Part shown: in pieces, positions 1 through 8,346 of the stretch
Layout: every line of letters begins with the position of its first letter
How positions within the stretch are numbered: the stretch's first letter is position 1
Source: Candidatus Omnitrophota bacterium
GTDB lineage: Bacteria > Omnitrophota > Gorgyraeia > Zapsychrales > Fredricksoniimonadaceae
Assembly: GCA_013286575.1 (NCBI GenBank)
Contig: JABDFL010000002.1
Span: forward strand, 11,143 to 75,142
Length of the DNA: 64,000 nucleotides
Direction of reading: 5' to 3'
Position numbers and translations under genes: made by a program
Notes under the pieces: generated by a model
The model's database searches: none
Told to the model about the DNA's origin: nothing
Seen by the model: the letters and a program-made list of their open reading frames with translations, nothing else

Positions 1-815
1 CCGTAGGCATGACGGGCGATGATGGGTTGTGAAAAAGTCTCATCAGTACCGGTCAGGGACGCCACAATGCCCATCTGGACCTCACGCATTTTCTTTTCAT
101 CCATCTCAAACAAAAGGCTTTTCTCATCGATATAATGCCGCACGGTCCAGCTTAAGGCAAACAAAGGCGTATGGTTGCGTTCCAGCTTTAAATCATAAAA
201 TTTACGCGTATGCTCCCCTTCCAGGCTGGTCTCGTTTTTAGTCAGGTACAGGGACATGTGCGCCTCGGCAATCTGGTTTAAACGCTCATTGGCGATCCTG
301 AAAAAAAGGCAGGCTTTGCCGTTATGCTTGCCGATGATCGCTTTATTGCTGAAAATGATCCGCGCCGTGGCCCGTGAAAACCTGGCATAAAATAAACCTG
401 TGATGACCGCCAAGGTCAGCAGTCCCAAAAAGGCCTGGATGGTCATCAGGATATAGGGCACTATGCCCACATTCCCCACCCGGCTGTAATCAACAGAACT
501 CATGTTTTCAATGCTCAGGAAAACACAATGCCTGAAACGCTCTCCTGCCATGGAATGCCCGTCTCCTAAGGCATCCACCCCGCAGATAAAATATAAAACC
601 CCGAAAAATAAATTAGTCAGAAAATAAATGGCAGCGACAAACAAAAAGAACCTGGGCCAGGACAGGGAAAAGAAAAAATGATACAGGTCCGCGAAAGGGT
701 TCTGGAGATCACGCGTGCCATGGACGTTTATCTTCCCCTGCCTATTAACAAGGGCATGGAAATGGCTGGACTGCGGGTGCGTTGATGGGTACGGTGTATC
801 CGGATGTGGCGCCAT
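1..815 (-). CDS. Kir/KirBac-type inward-rectifier channel homologue (N-terminal 271 codons; gene runs off the left edge)
   Basis: Not in the ORF track (no stop inside the window). My translation of the minus strand from ATG 813-815 stays open through nt 1: MAPHPDTPYPSTHPQSSHFHALVNRQGKINVHGTRDLQNPFADLYHFFFSLSWPRFF...FLSIENMSSVDYSRVGNVGIVPYILMTIQAFLGLLTLAVITGLFYARFSRATARIIFSNKAIIGKHNGKACLFFRIANERLNQIAEAH...YDLKLERNHTPLFALSWTVRHYIDEKSLLF...SLTGTDETFSQPIIARHAY. This is collinear with KirBac landmarks (slide helix, M1, pore loop, M2, FARF-R-A-I-F, beta-rich cytoplasmic domain). Confidence 0.7.
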   Translation of the reverse strand, partial: MAPHPDTPYPSTHPQSSHFHALVNRQGKINVHGTRDLQNPFADLYHFFFSLSWPRFFLFVAAIYFLTNLFFGVLYFICGVDALGDGHSMAGERFRHCVFLSIENMSSVDYSRVGNVGIVPYILMTIQAFLGLLTLAVITGLFYARFSRATARIIFSNKAIIGKHNGKACLFFRIANERLNQIAEAHMSLYLTKNETSLEGEHTRKFYDLKLERNHTPLFALSWTVRHYIDEKSLLFEMDEKKMREVQMGIVASLTGTDETFSQPIIARHAY

Positions 816-820
816 GTATT

Positions 821-2761
821 TTAAAATCCAAACATATGGTCCAGGCAAAAAGACTTTTCGCCCTTCATCAGCCCATGATAGCCGAACAATCGGCAGGTCG
901 TATCGCGGATGATAATATAGGCGTCTTTTCCGGCCTGGTCACGCTCTTTTTTATCAAACATTTCATGATAGCGCCAAAGCAGAGAACCGCTACAGGCGAT
1001 ATGGATGGTTTTCTTTAATATTTCTGTGCCCTTCGAATCTATCAGGAGCAGGTCTGTTTCAGACTGTGCATGCCAGGGGGTGGATGCCGGATAGATCAAA
1101 TGGCAGATCGTATCTGTGTTTTCATCACGGCCCAAACGCAGAAATAAGCGTGTGCTTAAGCCCGGCGGGCGGCCTGCATAGGACTGAGGTTCATTTTTGT
1201 AAACCAAAGCTGTATTAAAAATATGAGACCCGAAACTGGTTTCCGTGTTGTGCCCGCTCCTGGTGTCCTCATAACGCATCAAGCCATGCAGCCAGCCGTC
1301 GGTATCTCCGCCCTGGGCAAAATCGTAAACCAATTCAACGTGGCCAAAACCGCCAGGCAGTTCACTTTCCGAACGTTTAGCCAAAAGACTATTGATATTG
1401 ATGTCCTTGATATTGGCGCGGTCCAATTTTCCCAGAGGAAAAAGCCCCATCTGCTGGCCTTTGCTGTTATAAATCATCAAGGTCAGCGCAAGATCCTGCT
1501 GGCAGGTTGACATCGGTGTGGGCAAAACGAAATTCTGAAAACGGCCGATCGGCAAAATCGGTGCCGGCAATATATATACCTTGCCCATCACCTTACCTAA
1601 ATTACGGATGGCCGGATCATTTTTAAGATCAGTGCGCTCAACGTTGGTATGGGCCATGAGACGGCGGCCTTTAGGGTCAACGACTTCATAACGGGGCCGG
1701 ACAACATAACGGCCGGCATGGAGTTCAAACTGCTGCGGCCATCTGGCTTTGGGGAATAAAGCTGACACATCAAGAGCAAAGGTCGCAAAAGGAGCAATAG
1801 GCTTGTCAAAAAAGACCACCTCATCTGATCCCATCAAACTCAGGCCCATTCCACCGATGGGTATCTGACAGGGATGGCTGTTTTGCACCCACAAAAGGAC
1901 CTGATGGCCTTCCTTGGGGGCAGGCAGGCCCGCGTAAAGATCAGCAGGCCAGGAATTGGCATCATGCGTGCAGGAAAGCACCGTATCATCGTCGCCGTAG
2001 GTGTCCAGTGCGTATTTGACCACGTCATGGCCGGCAATGCCGGTAAAATGAATAAAAAGGCTGCCGCAAAAAGCAGGCAGTTTCAGGCGCAGGCGTATCT
2101 CGGCGCTGTCAAGAGTGACGGTATGGACGGATTTTTCAAGTTTTTCATTCCATTGCGCCAGCATCTTGCCGTCTTTGTCAAACATGCAGCACCATAACCC
2201 GACGGTCTTGGGGCTGTATCCGGCCCAATAATTGGCCGTGACTAAACGCGTATGATGCCCTGCTTCTTCCCTGAAAAAAACAAAATTGGTGGCGAAATTC
2301 AACGGATCAAGATAATTACGGGGATTGGTCAAAAATTCATCAGCCAGGCGCGCTTCGTCAAAAGAAAAAACCTTCATCCCCTTAGGCAGCAGGTGCTGGA
2401 TTTGAGCGAGCAGGCGTACGGAATCAAAGGCTGTGATGAAAAGAACATCAGCGTCGGTATTCTTAAATTCAGTAATAGGAGATGTGTTTTGACCAAGCAG
2501 CGGCTTACCGATATCAGCAACGTTCTGGACAAAAACACCGCTGATCTTTATGGGGGAAATATCATATAAGGCTTCGAATTCTTCGGCCTGCCCCATAGGA
2601 TCATAGACGGCCACTCTTTCAAATGCCGACAGGGATTTAATTAAACTATTTATTTTAGGCGCGGTCAAAGGATGGCCCAGTGCCTTGAAAAGCGCAGAAC
2701 TGCCTCCTGCATTACTGAATGTTTTGATCTTAAGAGGAATTTCTTGGACTGATGTCTGCAT
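821..2761 (-). CDS. Protein of unknown function, 646 aa
   Basis: ORF 821-2878. I place the start at ATG 2759-2761 (MQTSVQEIPLK...) because GAGGG lies 8 nt upstream and the longer form would overlap the upstream gene by about 150 nt. No motif I recognise. Stop TAA 821-823 is 5 nt from the Kir-like start. Confidence 0.6.
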   Translation of the reverse strand: MQTSVQEIPLKIKTFSNAGGSSALFKALGHPLTAPKINSLIKSLSAFERVAVYDPMGQAEEFEALYDISPIKISGVFVQNVADIGKPLLGQNTSPITEFKNTDADVLFITAFDSVRLLAQIQHLLPKGMKVFSFDEARLADEFLTNPRNYLDPLNFATNFVFFREEAGHHTRLVTANYWAGYSPKTVGLWCCMFDKDGKMLAQWNEKLEKSVHTVTLDSAEIRLRLKLPAFCGSLFIHFTGIAGHDVVKYALDTYGDDDTVLSCTHDANSWPADLYAGLPAPKEGHQVLLWVQNSHPCQIPIGGMGLSLMGSDEVVFFDKPIAPFATFALDVSALFPKARWPQQFELHAGRYVVRPRYEVVDPKGRRLMAHTNVERTDLKNDPAIRNLGKVMGKVYILPAPILPIGRFQNFVLPTPMSTCQQDLALTLMIYNSKGQQMGLFPLGKLDRANIKDININSLLAKRSESELPGGFGHVELVYDFAQGGDTDGWLHGLMRYEDTRSGHNTETSFGSHIFNTALVYKNEPQSYAGRPPGLSTRLFLRLGRDENTDTICHLIYPASTPWHAQSETDLLLIDSKGTEILKKTIHIACSGSLLWRYHEMFDKKERDQAGKDAYIIIRDTTCRLFGYHGLMKGEKSFCLDHMFGF

Positions 2762-3716
2762 ATTTATTTCCCTCACCTTTCTCACAAAAACGTTCATAAA
2801 CAAAATCAGCTGCCCTGCGGGTCTCATCCAACGGCGTGTTTTTCCAAATCTCAATGGCGCCTGAAAAAAGACGCGCATGACCGCTTTGTATCAGGTTCTC
2901 ACAAAATTGTTTGTGCCGGCCTCCGGCCTTAGGTAATTCATAAATATAAACCGGCTTTCCCGTTGAACAGGCTTCAGAGACCATGGAAATGGAATCACTG
3001 GTAACAATGATGACATCCGCCAGTGACAGTAAGCCCAAATAGGGATTTTCCCCCTGGCCATCCCAAATAAAAGAAGGAACCCCTTGAAGATCCTGTCTTA
3101 TTATCGCCTCATTGCGCTCTCCTGTCCGCCGTGAGAAAGAAACAGCAAGACTGCCGCCGGAATTTTGGGCCGCAAGTGTCAACTTCCCCGCAAAATCATG
3201 GGCCGCGGTATCAGAAAAATCCTGATGCTTATTTTTACCGCCGACCAAAACGCTGATCAAAGGACGCGGCAAAGATGCCAGTAAAGGACGAAAGTGTCCG
3301 GCAGCACCCACGAGTTTCTCAGCGCTGACATGGTGAATGGCCCCTTGAGTGACAAACACATTGTCGCCCTGCAATTTGTCATGGGCCGGCGCAATAACAA
3401 GGTCAAAGAGCTTAGGATCAACCAAAGGATGCTGGATATGGGCAGTGAATGTCTTATTTCCGCTGGCGCGGCGGATAAATAGCGAAGCATCCACACTCTG
3501 ACGTCCGCAGCTAATCAGCAAATCCGGCCACGGAGGGGTAAAATCATGCTTTCCCTTTGAAAATAATTGCCAAAGACCTTTGGGTTTCCTGACTTCTTTT
3601 AAAACATAAGAAACCCCAAGCGCCTGGGCCAGGCCAATGGCCTGGTTTTGAAGACCAGCCAACCCTTCCGTCACCACCCAACATGAAGAAACCCGCAAAC
3701 TATTTTTAATGGGCAT
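2730..3716 (-). CDS. ELM1/DUF1022-family protein (GT-B-like fold, function unknown in bacteria)
   Basis: CWVVTEGLAGLQNQAIGLAQALG at the N-terminus, LISVLVGGKNKH, and IIVTSDSISMVSEACSTGKPVYIY match my recollection of the mitochondrial-fission ELM1 family signature. Confidence 0.6.
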   Translation of the reverse strand: MPIKNSLRVSSCWVVTEGLAGLQNQAIGLAQALGVSYVLKEVRKPKGLWQLFSKGKHDFTPPWPDLLISCGRQSVDASLFIRRASGNKTFTAHIQHPLVDPKLFDLVIAPAHDKLQGDNVFVTQGAIHHVSAEKLVGAAGHFRPLLASLPRPLISVLVGGKNKHQDFSDTAAHDFAGKLTLAAQNSGGSLAVSFSRRTGERNEAIIRQDLQGVPSFIWDGQGENPYLGLLSLADVIIVTSDSISMVSEACSTGKPVYIYELPKAGGRHKQFCENLIQSGHARLFSGAIEIWKNTPLDETRRAADFVYERFCEKGEGNKYADISPRNSS

Positions 3717-3728
3717 AAGGACCGCTCT

Positions 3729-4394
3729 TTAATAAGAGGGCGAAAACATTTTAAAAATAGCGGACCAGCGATGCCGGTTTTGTTCTTTATCCACGACTTT
3801 TTGATCAGTCACCCAATTCATCTGGATGACTTTACGCGGCCCCTCAAAAGGCAGATGCCCGTGGTAGGAGTGGTCCGAACGCTTGAAAACAAGCAAGGTC
3901 CCGACATCAGGAGAAATCTCAGTTTTGATATCATCAATATTAGCGCTGTTAAGCACCCGCAGCCGGCCTCCAGCCTGATTTTCCCAGGAAGGGTTCATGT
4001 AAAGCAGTACAGTGATGATCTTGGTTTCAGAATCCGTATGGACCTGGCCGTCTTTGAGCCTGCATTTGCCGCGGACGGTGAACATGGTTGGCTTACCCTC
4101 CAGATCGAGTGAGAATTTCTTTTCGATGGCATGCTTAAAAGCATCCGAGTTCATCTCATTGATTAATTGCTTAAACTCATTACTGCAGGACACGGTGGAC
4201 AAAGGGAAACTGCCGGCGGCCTTGACCTGCGGATAAGCTTCAATCAGTTTGTCTTTCCAATCTTCCCTAATAAAATCCGAAACCACAATATACTCATAGG
4301 GCGATGTTTCCAGTTTTGTACCATCAACCTTAGACACATCAATCATAGACAAATTCGGACTCTTTTCTGTTCCGATTTTAAATGGCTGGTTCAT
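3729..4394 (-). CDS. 2-oxoglutarate/Fe(II)-dependent oxygenase family protein
   Basis: HxD...H facial triad candidates (QVHTDSE ... HSYHGH) and LLYMNPSW..GGRLRV, as in 2OG-FeII_Oxy_3/prolyl-hydroxylase-like proteins. SD AGGGAGA precedes ATG 4394. Confidence 0.65.
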   Translation of the reverse strand: MNQPFKIGTEKSPNLSMIDVSKVDGTKLETSPYEYIVVSDFIREDWKDKLIEAYPQVKAAGSFPLSTVSCSNEFKQLINEMNSDAFKHAIEKKFSLDLEGKPTMFTVRGKCRLKDGQVHTDSETKIITVLLYMNPSWENQAGGRLRVLNSANIDDIKTEISPDVGTLLVFKRSDHSYHGHLPFEGPRKVIQMNWVTDQKVVDKEQNRHRWSAIFKMFSPSY

Positions 4395-4434
4395 AGACCT
4401 ATCTCCCTTGTTTGAAACGAATTAGAATTCGTCA

Positions 4435-4463
4435 ATTATATAATAAGCCAAATAAAATGAACA
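4435..4463 (-). promoter_or_regulatory. Candidate sigma70-type promoter for the 4394->1 operon
   Basis: Gene sense reads TGTTCA-17 nt-TATAAT (TATAAT = complement of 4435-4440). It is followed by the palindrome ACGAATT-CT-AATTCGT (4417-4432) and then the SD. Sequence-only prediction. Confidence 0.4.
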
Positions 4464-4528
4464 GGTTTAATTTTGAGGTGGGCTGGAGCTTATTGTGGAG
4501 GTTTCATACCGACTAAACTACGCCTTCC

Positions 4529-5311
4529 CTAACCGCGCAGCAGCTCATTGACCACTTTAAGCAGGTCTTGCGAAGTGGTAAACGGGACAAGCCGGTCTAT
4601 CCCCTGCTTTTCACCAATTTTTTGGGTGATAATGGTCTTTTCCGCAATTGTATCAGAATATAAAATAAATTTCACACCCCTGGTTTTAGCCATCAATTTT
4701 AATTTCACGACAACCAAATCGCCGGATATATCTGTTAAACCCAAATTCACCAATGCCACATCAGGTAAAATTCCGGCAATGAGCTCAATACCTTCTGTCC
4801 CGCTCCTAGCCGGGCTGACCGTATACCCCGCACCGGTAAAAACAGGCCCGATCTTGTTCAACATTTCAGGACTGTTGTCAACGAGACAAACTTTTCGGGA
4901 TTCTCTGGCACCTGAAGGGGACACCCTGATACCGGCATTGACTTCTTTCCGGATAATGGTATCAGCCTCACGCAGCAGATCATCAATCTCAAATGGCTTG
5001 GCCATAAATCCATCAATATTCAGTTCCTTAAAAAGTTGCTCCATATTGGCCCGGGCCGTCAAAACCAAAACAGGATACCTTGGCCTGTCCGTACCATCGC
5101 AGATTTTCTGGTAAAATTCGACCCCGCCCATTTTGGGCATGTTCATATCAAGAATAATAAGGTCAGGGTTCATCGTTTCTAATTTGGCCAAGCCTTCGAG
5201 TCCGTTATTGGCCGTTTCAATGTTATAGCCCTTGGATTTTAAAGCGATCTTGACTAATTGCTGCAAATCAATCTCATCATCGATCAATAATATGGTCTTT
5301 GGGTTACTCAT
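4529..5311 (-). CDS. Response regulator: canonical receiver plus C-terminal pseudo-receiver, no output domain
   Basis: REC1: TILLIDDEIDL, DLIILDMNMPKMGG, VLVLTARAN, GFMAKPF. The second receiver-like domain (KVCLVDNSPE, DVALVNLGLTDISG, KFILYSDT, IDRLVPFT) has Asn at the phospho-acceptor position and Val at the conserved Lys position. ATGA overlap with the kinase stop. Confidence 0.85.
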   Translation of the reverse strand: MSNPKTILLIDDEIDLQQLVKIALKSKGYNIETANNGLEGLAKLETMNPDLIILDMNMPKMGGVEFYQKICDGTDRPRYPVLVLTARANMEQLFKELNIDGFMAKPFEIDDLLREADTIIRKEVNAGIRVSPSGARESRKVCLVDNSPEMLNKIGPVFTGAGYTVSPARSGTEGIELIAGILPDVALVNLGLTDISGDLVVVKLKLMAKTRGVKFILYSDTIAEKTIITQKIGEKQGIDRLVPFTTSQDLLKVVNELLRG

Positions 5312-8300
5312 GACGTTACCCTCCGCTCCTGAATAGGAAGTAAAAAGTTAAATGCCGTTCCTTCACCCGGTTTCGATTCAGCCCAGATCTTGCCGCCATG
5401 GCGCAAGATGATTTCTTTACAGATCGCCAATCCCAAGCCTGTACCGCCTTCTTCATTCTCATGGGCAGATTCAATTTGCTGGAATTTCTGAAAAAGTTTT
5501 AAAAGGTCCATCTCATTGATGCCCTTACCGGTATCCCGGATGCTCACAAAAATACAATTCTCCTGCGGGTAGTCCTTGGTCCTGATCATGATCCCGCCTT
5601 GCTTGGTAAATTTGATCGCATTGCCTAATAAATTATTCAAGACCTGAATGATCCTATCGCTGTCAAAAGGAATTTTATGCATTTGAGCGCCTAATTCTGT
5701 TTTGATATATAACCCACGGCTTTGGACGACGTCTCTTTGAGACTCAACGACCTCCTCTATCACCTGATGGAGATCATTCATCATAAAGGTCATCTTTACC
5801 TTGCCCGATTCTATCTTGGTTAGATCTAAAATGTCATCGATCAACCGCTTTAAACGGTCCACATTGCTCTTGGCCCGGCCTAACACTTCATCCTGCTCCG
5901 GATTGATCTCACCGACCATTCTTTTGACGACCAAATCAATCGCTGTTTTAATGGATGCCAGAGGTGTTCGCAACTCATGAGAAACCGTTGAGGTGAAGTC
6001 TTTTTGCATTTCGTACATCATCGTTAATTTTTTATTGGCTGATTCAATTTCCTCTGCTTTTTTACGTTCGGTGATGTCTGTAAAAAGGACCACACAACCC
6101 TCTGGTTTGCCATTATCACCAAAAATAGGCGTGCACGTATAATCGACCGGAAAACTGGTGCCATCCTTGCGCCAAAAAACATCATCCTTCACGCGACGTA
6201 CAGCACCGTCTTTCAAAGTAGCATAAATAGGACATTGGGTTTGCTCGTGGACACTTCCGTCAGCGTGCGTATGATGCATGGTCAGGTGTGCCGGTTTGCC
6301 GATGAGTTCAGCAACTTCGTAACCAAGCATTTTGGCAGAGGCCGGATTTTCATATTTAATTATTCCATTGGCATCCAACCAATGAACACCTTCAATCACC
6401 GACCCCAAGACGATAGTATGTTCATTACGCATCCTCTCTATTTGTTCTTGAGCAAATCTTTTCTCAGCAATGCGCAAGAGTTCATTGGTCTTTGTCAACT
6501 CGGTCTGTGATTTTAAAAGACCTTCCCGTGCACCTTCCAGCCCGACAGCGGCAAAACCGATTTCTTCCTGTAATTTATTAAAGTTAATGGCCATTTCACT
6601 TATTTCATCATGTGAATGGACTATGACCGGTACGAGCTTAAAATCTGCCTTGGCAGCGACTAAATCACCTGCTGCCAGGGCCCGCATCGCCCGGGTAAAA
6701 TCAGCAAGAGTCCCTTGGACCAATTTTTCAGCAGCATTGGAAATTTCTACAGCTGTATGGGCGATCATCCCCGGCAAAATTAAACCAACAGCAATTGTCA
6801 ATAGGGCAACGATGACAAAGATGTCTTCAAGCATGGTGATAAGGCTGATGTCCTGTGTGGGCACGTGGCTTACTGCAATGAAATACCCAATAGCGTCCAA
6901 CGCCAGAACAAGGATCATTGACCCGGTGAGTTTAAGATGAAGGGTGTGCCCCAAAATAGGTAAACCCATTTTTTTATTGTCAGACATCTTGCGCCAGGCA
7001 TAAAGTATTGAACCTGCATAGGCAAAGGCAATCCCAATGATCACGGTTTTAAGGCCGAACTGTTCAAAACCAAAAACAGTCGTTGTAAGCCAACCGATCG
7101 CGGCCAAAAGACCGAGAACGATGGTGCCGTGCGGCGCACGGTAAGGCCGCTCCATTTCCGGATGGTTACGGCGCATCAGCCAAACAGCAACATTGGGCAT
7201 GGCAATACCGATCAAATAGGTCAGATTAGCCGCTGCAACCAGCCAAATGGGATCCCCGATAAAAAGAAAAGCTATGGCCATGGCTGCTGTCAAAAGTGTT
7301 GTCACCCAAGGAGCATCGGAAGGCAGGCGCTTAGACATAAATTCCGGTAACAATCCATCATCGGCAAGTTGTGACAACACGCGGGGCGGCCCGGCCAAGG
7401 GTGCTAAAATACCATGAAACATATTAAAAATGATAAACCACGCGGCCACACCTTTTGCCGCTGCGCCAAACAAAGGTGCAAAGGTAGGCCCGAGTTCACT
7501 GGAAAGATCTCCGGATAATGGTCCCTGTCCTAATACGCCCAGCCAAACCACCGGCAGGACAATAAAATAAAGGCCGGCCATGGCAGCACTGGCAAAAATG
7601 GCCTGAGGGACAGACTTGTTGGGATTGATCGCCTCACCGACGTGACTAGTGGCTTGTTCAAAGGCAGGGGCCGCAAAGCCCACCAGGTAAATCCCTGCCA
7701 TGATACTGGTCCATTGGCCAAACCAGCCGGGAAAAGGGACTGTCAGATGATAGCTGAAAGCCTGGTGCCAATCCACCTTGCCGCTATAAATAGGAATGAT
7801 CGCTGAAAGAAAAGCCAGCCCTCCCGACAAGACCGCAATCGGCATGGCCAATCGCATGGCCCACTTGATCCCACAAAGGTTAATGAAGGTAAAAAAAAGT
7901 ATCAAACATATTCCAATGAATGGTATGGGCATCCAGGGCAGATACCATTGATGCAGGGCTGATGCAGCAAGGAGAGCCGTGATACCGCAGGTTGGTACCC
8001 AACCCCACCAATAACAAACACCTGTAAGATTGGCTAAAATTGGACTATACGGCTTAAAAGCTTCTGCACACGTTGCTGAAATGCCTCCGACGCGATTAGG
8101 ATACATCATCACTAATTCCGTCCAACCGGGTGTCGCCGCCCAACTTAACAGTAACCCGACTATTAAAAGCAATACCGCCGCGGATCCTTGTCCGGGAATC
8201 GAACCTTGACCGGCAATCAAAGCACCGATTAGAAACAAACTTTGATTGCAGCCTCCCATGGCGACGGAAAAAATCCCGAACCAATTAACAGTCCGCGGAT

Positions 8301-8346
8301 GGATGTGAGTATTAGTCGCATTATACCCAGAATTTGTCGAAATCAT
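5308..8346 (-). CDS. Sensor histidine kinase fused to an N-terminal APC/amino-acid-permease-like 12-TM domain (permease-HAMP-PAS-HisKA-HATPase)
   Basis: Permease-like core (NWFGIFSVAMGGCNQSLFLIGALIAGQG, GWTELVMMYPNRVGGISATCAEAF) over about 470 aa plus extra TMs. HAMP (ALAAGDLVAAKADF...HDEISEMAINFNKLQEEI). PAS (TIVLGSVIEGVHWLDANGIIKYENPASAKMLGY). H-box [18 protein letters not shown] boxes LNNLLGNAIKFTKQGG, SIRDTGKGI, GGTGLGLAICKEIILRHGG. Confidence 0.85.
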   Translation of the reverse strand: MISTNSGYNATNTHIHPRTVNWFGIFSVAMGGCNQSLFLIGALIAGQGSIPGQGSAAVLLLIVGLLLSWAATPGWTELVMMYPNRVGGISATCAEAFKPYSPILANLTGVCYWWGWVPTCGITALLAASALHQWYLPWMPIPFIGICLILFFTFINLCGIKWAMRLAMPIAVLSGGLAFLSAIIPIYSGKVDWHQAFSYHLTVPFPGWFGQWTSIMAGIYLVGFAAPAFEQATSHVGEAINPNKSVPQAIFASAAMAGLYFIVLPVVWLGVLGQGPLSGDLSSELGPTFAPLFGAAAKGVAAWFIIFNMFHGILAPLAGPPRVLSQLADDGLLPEFMSKRLPSDAPWVTTLLTAAMAIAFLFIGDPIWLVAAANLTYLIGIAMPNVAVWLMRRNHPEMERPYRAPHGTIVLGLLAAIGWLTTTVFGFEQFGLKTVIIGIAFAYAGSILYAWRKMSDNKKMGLPILGHTLHLKLTGSMILVLALDAIGYFIAVSHVPTQDISLITMLEDIFVIVALLTIAVGLILPGMIAHTAVEISNAAEKLVQGTLADFTRAMRALAAGDLVAAKADFKLVPVIVHSHDEISEMAINFNKLQEEIGFAAVGLEGAREGLLKSQTELTKTNELLRIAEKRFAQEQIERMRNEHTIVLGSVIEGVHWLDANGIIKYENPASAKMLGYEVAELIGKPAHLTMHHTHADGSVHEQTQCPIYATLKDGAVRRVKDDVFWRKDGTSFPVDYTCTPIFGDNGKPEGCVVLFTDITERKKAEEIESANKKLTMMYEMQKDFTSTVSHELRTPLASIKTAIDLVVKRMVGEINPEQDEVLGRAKSNVDRLKRLIDDILDLTKIESGKVKMTFMMNDLHQVIEEVVESQRDVVQSRGLYIKTELGAQMHKIPFDSDRIIQVLNNLLGNAIKFTKQGGIMIRTKDYPQENCIFVSIRDTGKGINEMDLLKLFQKFQQIESAHENEEGGTGLGLAICKEIILRHGGKIWAESKPGEGTAFNFLLPIQERRVTS

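Noticed and set aside
29-1018. Small plus-strand ORFs 29-241, 715-912 and 782-1018
   Set aside because: They overlap the Kir-like gene and the 3' end of the 646-aa gene on the opposite strand and have no recognisable features.
4446-4475. Possible seventh copy of the 40-nt element (AAATAAAATGAACAGGTTTAATTTT)
   Set aside because: Only one ATGAA core and the TTAAT end match. There is no TAACAA end and the spacing is wrong. It is better explained as the -35 region of an ordinary TATAAT promoter.
4548-5114. Long antisense ORFs opposite well-supported genes (also 9967-10503, 16032-16643, 26393-26923, 29230-29700, 54406-54873, 56685-57284, 61991-62554)
   Set aside because: Each lies fully within a gene on the other strand that has clear family motifs. 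Their translations are Ser/Pro/Arg-rich or otherwise featureless and lack SD sites.
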